A DNA stretch of 64,000 bases from the NCBI GenBank assembly GCA_964016885.1, contig OZ024745.1:43710001-43774000 (forward strand), in the 5' to 3' direction. Positions 14,182 to 26,786 of the stretch are shown here, one piece after another. The translations under genes were made by a program, and so were the position numbers. Numbering within the stretch: position 1 is the stretch's first letter; each line of letters opens with the position of its first letter. Source of the DNA: Eledone cirrhosa (Eukaryota). A model generated the notes under the pieces. It made no database searches, had not been told where the DNA came from, and worked only from the letters and a program-made list of their open reading frames with translations.

Positions 14182-14830
<649 letters not shown>

Positions 14831-14934
14831 TAGAGAAACTAAGAGTGAATAAAAACAACTGTATGTGAAAAAGAAAAATGAAAGTTAAGGAGAAACATCT
14901 AGAGAGATAAGAGCGAGCAAAAGAAATGAGAATA

Positions 14935-15690
14935 AAGGAAAGTGTGTTGAGAGTATGGAAGGAAAGTGTGTTGAGAGTATGGAAGGAAAGCGTGTTGAGA
15001 GTATGGAAGGAAAGCGTGTTGAGAGTATGGAAGGAAAGCGTGTTGAGAGTATGGAAGGAAAGCGTGTTGAGAGTATGGAAGGAAAGCGTGTTGAGAGTAT
15101 GGAAGGAAAGCGTGTTGAGAGTATGGAAGGAAAGCGTGTTGAGAGTATGGAAGGAAAGCGTGGTGAGAGTATGGAAGGAAAGCGTGTTGAGAGTATGGAA
15201 GGAAAGCGTGTTGAGAGTATGGAAGGAAAGCGTGTTGAGAGTATGGAAGGAAAGCGTGTTGAGAGTATGGAAGGAAAGCGTGGTGAGAGTATGGAAGGAA
15301 AGCGTGGTGAGAGTATGGAAGGAAAGCGTGGTGAGAGTATGGAAGGAAAGCGTGGTGAGAGTATGGAAGGAAAGCGTGGTGAGAGTATGGAAGGAAAGCG
15401 TGGTGAGAGTATGGAAGGAAAGTGTGTTGAGAGTATGGAAGGAAAGTGTGTTGAGAGTATGGAAGGAAAGTGTGTTGAGAGTATGGAAGGAAAGTGTGTT
15501 GAGAGTATGGAAGGAAAGTGTGTTGAGAGTATGGAAGGAAAGTGTGTTGAGAGTATGGAAGGAAAGTGTGTTGAGAGTATGGAAGGAAAGTGTGTTGAGA
15601 GTATGGAAGGAAAGTGTGTTGAGAGTATGGAAGGAAAGTGTGGTGAGAGTATGGAAGGAAAGTGTGGTGAGAGTATGGAAGGAAAGTGTG
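14935..15690. repeat. 24-bp minisatellite, ~31 copies (gagagtatggaaggaaagYgtgKt)
   Basis: Read directly; explains the repetitive ORFs at 14899-15786. Confidence 0.97.
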
Positions 15691-16708
15691 TAGTGAAAGC
15701 AGAAAGAAAATTAGAAGAAAGGGCTCAAAGTTGAAAAGAAGGTTTATAGATTGGAAGAAAGTTTTGTTTTTGATAAGTAATAACAAATTTCAAAAGTATA
15801 TTTTCTCTTCAGAAAGAAAATACTGGAAGAGAGGTCAAACAAGGAAGGAATATACAAATATAATTTTATATTTCAAATTAAATAAAAGAGAAAAACTGCA
15901 TGTAAAATAAACATTAGTGAATTGCTACCTTTAGCAAAATTGATTTTTTTTTTTTTTTTTTTTTTTTTACATTGGCAAGTAAAGTGGGGATTGGATTAAT
16001 GTAAGAATATTATAAATATTTCTTATATCGACCCTAAAGTAAAATCTAAGCTATGTAGGATTTGAATTTGGAGCATAAAAGAGTGAATCTAAGTACTCCA
16101 GTTGTTTACTTTTCAAAAGTATAGAATTTATTAACACTCATACAGAATTTCTATTACTGAAGATAAGGTATTATATGTGGCAATATAGAAAATTGTTACT
16201 AATCTACCAAAGTAATTAATATCTATAGGTATAAAATAAGAATAGTCCTGTTATAGGAATATATTAGAAAAAAAAAACAAGCATGCTCTTTCTAGAAATT
16301 TCTATTGCTAAAGTATGCTATGTTCTCAAAATTCTTGTAAAGAATAACAAGACTGATTTACAATTTACTTCTATTGAATCATATATATGAACTCTTAACA
16401 TGAAGCACCACATGAAACCACATTAGTACTATGGTACTATGAATTCAAAATTAAAGTCTTTACTCTAATACTGAAAAATTTCCAACAATCTGTCCACTTG
16501 TAAAGATACTATAAACATTTGAATTAACAAATCATAAAACCACATAAGATATTTTTAAAACATTAAACAATCCTGACTGTATCACATCAAAATTTGAAGT
16601 CATCACTCAAATAGGGAACATTTTTACAACAAGTTCTCTATTAGCAAAGATACTAGAAGCATTTAAGAGTTAAAGACAATTTAGAAAAGAGAAATTCAAA
16701 GAACTTAC

Positions 16709-16857
16709 TGTTCTTCTAGATCTTCTATTAACAATCTCAGTTTGCTTTTCTCTTCCAGTAAGGACTCCGAGTTCTTCATTTCTTCTTCAAGACGGGTTTC
16801 TGTGTCATTTAGAATGTCTTCTAGTTCCATCTTTCTATTTGTGAGCATCAAGCGTGT
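16709..16857 (-). CDS. zip: NMHC rod exon: TRLMLTNRKMELEDIL...IEDLEE
   Basis: 149 nt, tag / gtaagt. Confidence 0.94.
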
Positions 16858-17535
16858 CTAGAAGATAAAATATTCAAGGCAAAAATCATAAGTAAAAAGA
16901 AAGAATAAATGAAAAAAAAATATATATATATATATATAGATTAGCTGGTTGTAGTAGAGTAGATTCCTGCTATGTAATGAAGTAAATTCTTAAGACTATA
17001 TTGTTTTGTTTTTATTTTAGTAGAAAGCTATATAAAAACAGATGTCACAAGCGTTGGCTAGAATCCTAAAGCAATAGAAATTTATTTCATGCCTGACTTG
17101 GAGATACATAAGATGATATCAGAGGTACAGTGAAGAACACCCTACCACACACACAAGTGGATATAATCATAAAGACAAAATACCAGACATGGAAGTAAAA
17201 ACTACAAAAGGCCACAAAATAAACTTAAAGACTAAAGTTTTAGAAAGTAGGATAAAGGATAGAACCTTGCTACCATCAGGTAAATGGTACATGTTCATAA
17301 TATAGAAAAGGAGTGAGTAGAAACTCCATAATATGTATCCAGTATAAACTAGAGATGCACAAACCATGGCACTATCATTCTCTGCCATGGCTCTTGAATA
17401 ACATCTTCCACTCGCTGTCATCCATTCCTATGTCTATCCTTTATGCTCCTTTTGCAGGTATGATCACATACACACAATCTATAGAATAGAAGCGAGTACA
17501 TTTTTATGGGACATCGCGCGCGTGCGTGTGTTATT

Positions 17536-17620
17536 ACAGGGTGTCCCAAAAATGTATACATACTGTACAGGCAATATTCATTAGAATGCTGTTGGAGTGT
17601 CTATACATTTTTTTGGGGGG
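17536..17620. mobile_element. Tiny Tc1-type MITE / solo TIR pair
   Basis: tacagggtgtcccaaaaatgtataca ... tgtctatacatttttttggg inverted ends. Confidence 0.55.
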
Positions 17621-17661
17621 GGGGGGGCATATATTTATATATGTATCATCATCATCATCAC

Positions 17662-17715
<54 letters not shown>

Positions 17716-17872
17716 TGTGAGAAAAACCACAAACCCTCCATCTCAACTCTACTTTTGAAAAGCAGAACTGCGAAACCGGTAAAGGAAACAAATAAATATA
17801 TATATTTTTTTTAAAATAAGACTCCAGTTGCATTTTCGATTTCATCTTTTTTTCTTTATATATGTATATATA

Positions 17873-18406
17873 TCATCATCATTGTTTAACGTCCATCTTC
17901 CATGCTTACATGGGTTTGGACAGGAGTTTTCCAACTTGAGGCAAGATTGGTTGTCTGGCTCGTATAGGACTGTCTGGCGGGTTTTCTACAGCTGGATGCC
18001 CTTCCTAACACCAACCACGTTTACAGTGTGGACTGGGAGGTTTTGACCGTGTTACCTACACGGCCACATTACAGCGTGGAGTGTGTTTTTTTTGTCGTGA
18101 CACCTACACGACCTCATTTGTTTCGGACTGGATGTTGTGGTACCAACATAACTTCACATTGAAGGGGGTGGTGTGGATGGGGTGAGGGTAGTGGGACAGG
18201 GGTGTATTTTTGTTAGAGGTGCCTACTGGCTGTAGGTTTCGCTTTGTACTTAGGTAAGGCAGGTCTTCTGTATTACTGTGTAACGCCAAAGATCTCGGTC
18301 CAGTGACATTGTCTTGGAGAGGTTTAAGTGTGTGAGGTCAGAATTTATCAAGTCGTTCCAGGTTTTTCTGGGTCTGCCTACTCCGTGGCTACCGTCTATT
18401 TTTATA
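17873..18406 (-). mobile_element. 5'-truncated copy of the same RTE family
   Basis: IKIDGSHGVGRPRKTWNDLINSDL..., 3' UTR and (GAT)n tail next to a (TA)n run. Confidence 0.9.
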
Positions 18407-18963
18407 GAATGCACCCAGTACACACTGGTTGGTGTTACAGGACTAGTCACATCAAGGACATGACAACTTCACTAGTGTTGATGCTAGTACACCCTGTAAA
18501 GTGGTTGGCATGCAGTTGTAAAACCCATGTGAAAACGGGAACAGATGTCAGGTATGGTCCCTCAGCTGGTCAAAGATGACAGTAGCTCTTATTAAGTACT
18601 GACTTGGTCTGTAATGACCCATCCAACCCATGCCAACATGGAAAAACAGATGTAAAACAATGATGATTATATACATACATAGATTAATGCTTGTGTTACC
18701 TTTTGATTATACTATGTATGGGTAATGTTAAACATTTCTAAGCCGATACTCAGATCAATTTCTTGATGGTAGAAGAAGCCACAACTTTATAGCAACTTTC
18801 CCAGATAGACTGATAACTTTTTTTAGAAACAAATATATAGAATTGATAACTAAATATGCCAAACATTGCTAATATAAATGAATGTACTATTAGCAACTTG
18901 TTCATTGTACTACATATATTTTTTTTAATGTTTGATATTGGAATGTAAACAATGATTACATGT

Positions 18964-18994
<31 letters not shown>

Positions 18995-19049
18995 GCATGT
19001 ATGATACTGTAACAAAAACTATTTTTCACAAAACTGATAAATAACTCAC

Positions 19050-19253
19050 CTCTTCTGCTTCTGTACACAATTCAGTCTCGGCTTGAAGTTGTTCAGTAAG
19101 AATGCTTTTTTCTTCAATCAAACCGCTAAACTTGCGTTCTAAATCTTCATAATCAAATTTTGTTCTTTCATAGTTCTCTTTGATTTTTTTCAGTTCCTCC
19201 TCTTTGGCATTTAATTTTTCTTCTTGGTTTGTGACTGAAAGCAATGGCTTTAC
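19050..19253 (-). CDS. zip: NMHC exon: [14 protein letters not shown]...ELCTEAEE (start of coiled coil)
   Basis: 204 nt, tag / gtgagt. Confidence 0.95.
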
Positions 19254-19595
19254 CTAAAAATAAAATAAAATATTTTGTTTACTATACACAAAATTTTAAC
19301 CTGTCTATTAAAGTATTCAAATTTAAATTCAAATCTTGAAGTGGAATCTCACTATTACATACATGACAAATAATATTTTATTTCACTATTTAAATATTTG
19401 TCTCTCATTGAAAGTTAGTTATTTCATGAAACATCTCATAATTCTTTATGACTTCTGAAAATTAAAACACAAAGACAATCTATTAAATAAGACATGGCCT
19501 GGCCCAATGCTAGCCAAAACTTCTCAAAGTTATTCTCTTTAGAAAGATGTTTACAAAAGCGTTAAATATTTACAAATAAAAAAAGAATCACTTAC

Positions 19596-19704
19596 TTTAG
19601 TGAAAAGGCGCCACCATTGCCAATTTCTGAGTTTTAAGTAGGCTGAGCAGTTTCTTTGAATAACACGGATAGCACTGAGCTGCTGTAAGCGTTTGTGGTA
19701 GTTT
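19596..19704 (-). CDS. zip: NMHC exon: IQ2 ...[22 protein letters not shown]
   Basis: 109 nt, cag / gtaagt. Confidence 0.96.
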
Positions 19705-19814
19705 CTGGCAATAAAAGATAAGATTTTTCATTATAAATCTTTTATTCTGCACCTCAAGTAATTTTTACATTTATTGCATAAATTAATTACTTGTGAAAGT
19801 GTTACTAAACTCAC

Positions 19815-19975
19815 CTTCGGGCGAGCATCCCTCTTACACTGGCTTGAAATTGAACTATAATATCAGTTAGTTTAAGGTCTCGCTCCTCTTCCAAATGTGC
19901 CAATACACCAGCACGGAAAAAAATCTTGCTTTGTCCAATACGATATAAATTGGGATCGAGTTCCAGGGACTCAAT
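19815..19975 (-). CDS. zip: NMHC exon: [33 protein letters not shown]...IQ1
   Basis: 161 nt, tag / gtgagt. Confidence 0.96.
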
Positions 19976-20525
19976 CTAGAAATGGAAGCAAATGGAAATT
20001 TAGAATTCTTGTGAATATCAAAGATATTGTTTTTATTCATTTCAAATATACATAAAATTGTTTTATTTCATAGATAAAAAAAAAATAAATTAAAAAAAAA
20101 CAAAAAACTGGAAGTATAATATTTCTATTCTTAGTGCTGCTTTACTTGTTTATAAATATAAAAAAGCAAATTTTAAAGTAATGTTTTTTAAATTCGTTAA
20201 AACTCAAAAACAAGTAGGCTACAGTTCATATGCAATCTGCTGCAAGCTAACAATGTAGCGAGCCAAATCATTTTTTTTTATTCATCAAAACTACAGTAAT
20301 AATAAGAAAAAAATTAGCGTTAATGACAAGGTAAGGGAGAGAACTCCGAAATTCAAATGGATTAAAATTTAAATGGAGATGCGTCTGGTCTTTTGTAGTG
20401 ACAACTCGGCATGTTTTGATCTTATTAGAGCACCTCAGTGAAAGAATAGTCTAACAAACCTTGAAATATCTTGAGATATAGATTTTGTATGAAAATGTAT
20501 TCACTGATTAGCAATTCAAAATAAT

Positions 20526-20702
20526 TGTTTCTACTTTTGGCACAAGGCCAGTAATTACCCAGTGCATTACTGGTACTTTATTTTATCGACCCCATAAGGA
20601 TGAAAGGCAAAGTTTACCTCGGTGGGATTTGAACTCAGACGATAAAGGACTGTAACTCTATGCTGCAAAGCATGGTGTCCAACTCTCTACCGATACTTCC
20701 AA
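20526..20702 (-). mobile_element. Same SINE family, 13-bp TSD
   Basis: TSD aattcaaaataat at 20513-20525 and 20703-20715. Confidence 0.88.
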
Positions 20703-21627
20703 AATTCAAAATAATGACACTGAAAAATGTAACGGATTTTGTTATCAAATGTGTTCCCTGCTAGCATGAATAATATTTAGTTAAGTACAGGCATGTAGTG
20801 AGCCAAAAATAATTTTCCTCTCAATGGAACTCTGACCGACCAGGTCCACATCACTTCTGTCACTTGTCAAGAACTTACTACCATACAAAACTTGGCTGGA
20901 CAGTGAGAAAACAATAACATGCCTAAACTGCTACACTGCAGCAAATAATAAAACCAATGCACAACAAAGCAGTATGATACTTCACTAAATAGAGCATAGT
21001 ATATCTCAAACAAATTAGCAAATTAGAAAGATCATTAAAACGTCGAATAGAAAGCTTTGTAATATTAGTTCCAGCTCTGAGTTCAAATCCCACTGAGGTT
21101 AACTTTGTTTTCATCCTTGCGAGATCGATAAAAAATATCAGTCCAGTACTGGGGTTGATTTTTTTCTATATCACTTTCTCAATTCTTCCCCCCCCCCCCC
21201 CATCTTCGCTGGAAGAAATCAGCTGTGTTCAAATCTGGAGAGGGATAGGTTTCACCAGGATTAAAGTGCCCAAGACACACACCTACAACTCTATTAGGAA
21301 TTAGCGGTCCATATATACATATCTGGAATACTGGATTTATGGATTGCACCAAGTCATTCAGACTACTTAGCTACTACAAGACTGACCTTGGGCTAAACAA
21401 TAAGAACTTCAAAAAATAATTAAAATAGTTATAATTGCAAATCAAAACTGAAAAATCGTCGCACTTGAAACATGTTAATGTTATTTTAAATGCATACACA
21501 AATTCTGTATGCCTAAAATTATATTCAAATGAATCTAGTTTTTAAAGTGTCCTAAAACATCTCAACAAACAGAATTACTTCTTTGTCAATATGAAGTGCT
21601 TAGGAAAATGTATGAAAAATTACTTAC

Positions 21628-21819
21628 CATCTTGCCAACTGCTTTTTTGCCATCCATGAAACCTTTTGGAATAGCCATTGGTGTGAGAATCTCATATCTC
21701 TGTCGAAATTCTTGAAACAAAATTCTGTTGGGGAAACCTTGTCTGCAGATACGAATTCCTTCAAGGACACCATTGCAACGAAGTTGGTCTAATACCAGAA
21801 GGGCGTCAATTTTTCCAGG
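21628..21819 (-). CDS. zip: NMHC exon: [32 protein letters not shown]...KKAVGKM (SH1/SH2, converter)
   Basis: 192 nt, tag / gtaagt. Confidence 0.96.
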
Positions 21820-21908
21820 CTAAAATATGCAAAGATGTCATTACAATGTTTCTGTTTTAGAACAAATATTTCAAACTTTAAAAAAAAAAAAAAAGAAAGA
21901 CAACCTAC

Positions 21909-22090
21909 TCGTTTGTCATGGTTGGGAATTATACATCGTACAAAGTTGGGATTGGTGTTTCTTAATGTTGCCATCAATTTGGCCAATTGTTCTTTGTAAA
22001 GTTGGCTAACGGTACGGAACATTCCTTTGCGGGTTCGGGAGCCAAATGTAGTTTCTGCAGCAGCAGCAGCTCCCAAGCCAACAATTTCAG
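21909..22090 (-). CDS. zip: NMHC exon: loop 2 ...[43 protein letters not shown]
   Basis: 182 nt, cag / gtaggt. Confidence 0.95.
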
Positions 22091-22180
22091 CTGCAAAAAG
22101 GAAGTAAAAATCGGTTCAGGAAGGCACTGAGAAGTGTCAAGGAAGGATATTCAAAATACAATTCAAAGGATTTAACTCAC

Positions 22181-22295
22181 CATCTTTCCAAATTAACTGA
22201 ATAAAAGGGTCTGATGATCCCTGTAACAAAGCAACTACATTTTCATTTAATGGATCCATATTTTTCATTAGCCACTGCTGTGCTGAATAGTCCAC
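22181..22295 (-). CDS. zip: NMHC exon: VDYSAQQWLMKNMDPLNENVVALLQGSSDPFIQLIWKD
   Basis: 115 nt, cag / gtgagt. Confidence 0.96.
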
Positions 22296-22700
22296 CTGGT
22301 ATGAAAAAACAAATGATAAACTTTAGTACAAAAATATATAAAAATTACATTGATCCTCAAACATTGGGATCTGCAAAAATCAATAAAAACTAACAGGCTT
22401 AATTGAAAACTAGATGATGGCTCGGCAGTACAAAACCAAAATAAAGAATATAATGAACGAGTTATTTGATACTTTACAATGCTAGTGCCAAATCATTAAC
22501 TTTGTTGAACTTTATTCAATATTTATAATATCAGTGGCAATTTAATACCAATTAGTAGATTGGAGATTCTGATACACTTGGTTAATCCCATACTAGGTCT
22601 ATAAACAAATTTAACTGAGTATTCAATACCTTAGCATAAAGTATTTACTAATGAGAAAATATATAAATTCTTATATTGTTGATATATATACATATATATA

Positions 22701-23180
22701 TACCAGGTTGAGTCAAAAGCTTTTTTGTATTTAAAGCTTTATTAGTTCAAAAAGTTACAAAGAAAAAAGTATTTATTCATTAAAATATATCCCATCATAT
22801 TTTGTCTGTGCCAGAAGCTCAATTCCACAATTATACCATTTGCCTGGTTTAGAGACAAGAAAACTCCCTACACCTGTTTTCAACCTCATCCACATTGTTG
22901 ACCCTCTGTCAACACAGGAAATGAGCTATGGCTCAGAAAAGGTGGTAATCTGATGGTGCAAGGTCTTGACTTTAGGCAGGGTCAAGCAACACTTTCAGCC
23001 CCTCAAGTATGCACATTGCCAGTGAATGCTAGGGCGTTTTCGTGCTGTAGGAGTGCACGTTTTCAATTGACCAATATCGGGCAGCAGGCTTTCAAAGAAT
23101 CATATACTCACTGCAATTGTTGAGCATAAAGGTCAACGACCATCTGGGACAAGCCCAAAGTACAACACTCCCTCGAAATC
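22701..23180 (-). mobile_element. Mariner (DD34D) 3' remnant
   Basis: DLAPSDYHLF motif (22938-22967) and LLQHENA (LHDNA-like); TIR-like end after (TA)n. Confidence 0.75.
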
Positions 23181-23218
23181 TATAAACAAACACACAGACA
23201 TAAAAAAAAAACACTTAC

Positions 23219-23383
23219 TTTGCCAGCATAATGCATGAGACTGAAATCAGCGTCAGCGCGGAAGTCTGGTTTCTCAAATTTTGAATGAGTTACATGGTGC
23301 CCAAGAAGTTTGTCAACATAGGTTTTATTGGTAGCTTTAGGGAACCAACATTCTTCATCAAGCAAGGCAAGAATACCCATTGG
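23219..23383 (-). CDS. zip: NMHC exon: [18 protein letters not shown]...FSLMHYAGK
   Basis: 165 nt, tag / gtaagt. Confidence 0.96.
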
Positions 23384-23565
23384 CTAAAAGTATAAAACAA
23401 ACAAGTAGAGCAAATAATAAGGATAACATTTCACTAAACTCTGAAAAAAGAGACTCTGATAAAAAAAAGAATTAAGTATTTGCATTTAATAAACAGAAAT
23501 TTTTACCATTTTTATATCATCTCTCTATATATATACACACACACAAACTAAAGTACATAGCAGTG

Positions 23566-24758
23566 TACAGAGTTTCACAGTTATTTCAGGACATGTCTTT
23601 TATTAGCTCTAATTTTTTTCTAACTTGTTCTGATTATCATTTTTTTTTTCCAGATAAATGAGACATCAAGCTAACTCAACAAATGAAAAGGCATACTGTA
23701 ATCATTGCCTTAAAGGCAGAGCATAGTGATTTAGATATTGCTTGCTTCCTGAAAGTTGCACGGTTTTTTGTTGTCAAAATTCGCAAAGAGCTGAAAGCTG
23801 TTGATGGAGACTCTACAGCAATGGCCAAATGTAAAACACTTAAAGGTCCTAATACCATCAGAACATCCAAATTTGTATGAAAAGTAGAGAATTACTGATA
23901 AGAACCTCTAGTGCCATTTCTAAGGAGCTCAAGGTTTCAAGGCACACAATCAGAAGAATTGTGCATGAAGACCATCAATACAAGTCATATGTGATGTGGA
24001 GAGACCAATTGTCTGCAATGACAAAAGATAACCATCTAATCTATGTAAAGTGCTTGTTAAGTAAGTTGAAAGAACCTAGAATGGTTTCGTTTTTCTGATG
24101 AAAAAAACTTTGATCAGGATCAAATGGTCAACTGAAAAAATGAGAGATGCTTAAAATACATTTCAATGGTTATGTACACAAACTTTCCAGTAACTCTGAT
24201 GGTTCTGGGAGTTGTGAGCAACAAGAGAGATGTCATGCCTCCTCACTTCTTTCCTCAGAGCTTAATGGTCAATGCTGCTGACTATGATGAGGTGTTGAGG
24301 AGGGTTGTGGAGCCTTGGATAGAGAGCAAGAGCAAAGCAAGACCATATACCTACCAACAAGACTGCGTTGTCTCATAAGGCCATAATGACTCAAGAATGG
24401 ATGAGTTACAATCATCACGACCACGTCACCCCAAACATATGCCCTCCTAGCTCTCCACACCTGAATCCATTAGACTACTATGTATGGGGCATAGTTGAGA
24501 GGGAATCAATCAATGCCCTCATAACACTTTCTTAAGTCTGCCATAACTAGCACATTATCCAAAATAGATAATCTGGCATGATCTGGCATGTCAAAGTTTC
24601 AGATTTCGTATTGAAGCAGTCATCGATGCTAACTGCAGATTCAATGAGCAGATGCATCAAGAAGAGTCAAGATTATTTATGCCAATTTTTTTTATTAAAA
24701 AAGAAAAAGTTATTTTTCCATAACTTATGCATCTTTTACTAAATTCTGAGCAACCCAT
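23566..24758 (+). mobile_element. Decayed Tc1/mariner-superfamily (maT/DD37D-like) transposon; pseudogenised transposase
   Basis: Fragmented ORFs 23683-24378; FF*DEKNF, YTYQQD and PPSSPHLNPLDYYVWGIVERE motifs; degenerate TIRs at TA dinucleotides. Confidence 0.85.
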
Positions 24759-25199
24759 ATATACACAAACTAAGGTACGTAGCAAAGTACATACAGAAAT
24801 TAATTAAAGTTCATTGTTTCCACTTCAGTTTTACAATTTACTTTGGAATTGACAGGTTCATAAAATAGAAAAAAAAAAATCTTTCAGTTTTCTAAATAAT
24901 ATTGTAATATCTTTATAAAATATACTATCACTATTTTAAATAAATTCATTATTATTAAATGTTCAGTGAAGCATTAAAAATGCTAGAGTAAAATAGCTGT
25001 CATTTTTGATGGCTCAAGTATCTGTGTGTCATTGTGAGACACCATTTTCAGTGGGTGGTATGCACTACCACTTTTATAAATTAATCTATAATATATTGCT
25101 ATTAAATACAAAATTCGATGTTTAGGTAAGAAATTTTGTCATTTTGAACAGCTGTCCCATTCTCTATAATTAATAACATTGTCATGATTTTTTGACATT

Positions 25200-25830
25200 A
25201 TCATTATTTTACACCTGTTTTTCCATGTTTGCATGTGTTGCTCGAGTCCTTTCCAACAATCTCAAACCACTTGCAATATTTCTTTGACATCACTTCTGAC
25301 CAATTCAGCATTTTGAGATGACCTCTGCTCATGTTTTTTCCAGTCTTCCTCTACTATAGTTCCCTTCCATTAGCATCTTCTGGCACTTCGTCACTCAGTG
25401 TTCATCATCCATATACATCACATGTCCATCCCAGCAAACTACATCTGGTTCCTCTTACACCCTGCTTTTCTTTCAGTTCATCCATGCCCTGTCATTGATG
25501 CACACTAAGATTACACATCCAACAGAGCATGTCCATTTCATTACTCTTCAGCCTCCCTATATCATCTCTATTTTCTACCCATGTCACACTTTCATCCAAC
25601 ATCACACTTCTCATGAAGGCATCCTTCAATCTACTCTTCACACACAGAGAGAAAATCCCCTTTGTTGTCAACAAAGCTAATAGCTCCCTGAACGTTTTCC
25701 AGCCTGTTTTTATTCTTATTACAGTTTCAGAGCAACATACTCCACTGCTAATTAAGTCACTTAAGTAGCAGAAACTATCAACTACTTCTATGGTATCTTC
25801 CTGGAATTGGAAAAGGTCTATTTCACTGCT
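25200..25830 (-). mobile_element. Older decayed RTE 3' fragment
   Basis: ORF remnant TIEVVDSFCYLSDLISSGVCCSE...KTGWKTFRELLALLTTKG is homologous to the C-terminus of the intact element. Confidence 0.85.
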
Positions 25831-26328
25831 GCTTTTACAAATTTTCATCCAAATAAAAAAAAAATCTAGTACCCGCACATTTTATGTAATAAATATTCTA
25901 TAATTAAGAAATTCCTTTAGTCCAGGACATTAAATCTATAAAACTATTTTAAACAATTTATTTTATTTTTTTAATAAGAATATCCATTGTAATAAGCTCT
26001 GAATTGAAATAAAATGTCTCCTGTTATATTTAAAGAAATGTGGAACTGTGGTTTTGGTCAATCTATTACAATATTATAGTGTTTGCAGTAATTAATATAA
26101 ACACCTGATCTGGCATTTCTCACGACAGGACAACTCTCAACCCATGCTAGCATGGAAAATTGACGTGAGCCCTTTAGCTGTATCCGGCCAGAATTCTCTC
26201 ACTTTTCTTTGTTCAAACTGGTCATAATTGGCTGCTCATACTAATGTTAATATATTGTTCTCAAAATAAATATTAAAATCTTGTAGATTCGATATTATTC
26301 GAGATAATTATGTAAGGTAAAGCCTTTA

Positions 26329-26616
<288 letters not shown>

Positions 26617-26724
26617 TTAACACCAAGAACTGAACAGATAATAATTAGTGACATTTGTTTTAATGTTCAATAGTGAAAGTCACAAATGAAACTATGTTTT
26701 TAGTAGTAAAACTGAAGGAAGGTA

Positions 26725-26786
<62 letters not shown>

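Noticed and set aside
14935-15690. CRISPR-like regular array
   Set aside because: Head-to-tail units without unique spacers, in a eukaryotic intron with no cas genes.
14899-15786. Three long ORFs (255-295 aa) of repeating octapeptides
   Set aside because: Artefact of a 24-bp stop-free minisatellite inside an intron; no splice or start context.
22091-22180. Loop-2 intron (90 nt) as a retained intron or alternative acceptor; it contains U12-like ATATCCTT and TTCCTTGAC
   Set aside because: Both retention and use of the upstream ctcag (+36 nt) give an in-frame TGA, and normal U2 sites are present, so no B2-like insert is supported.
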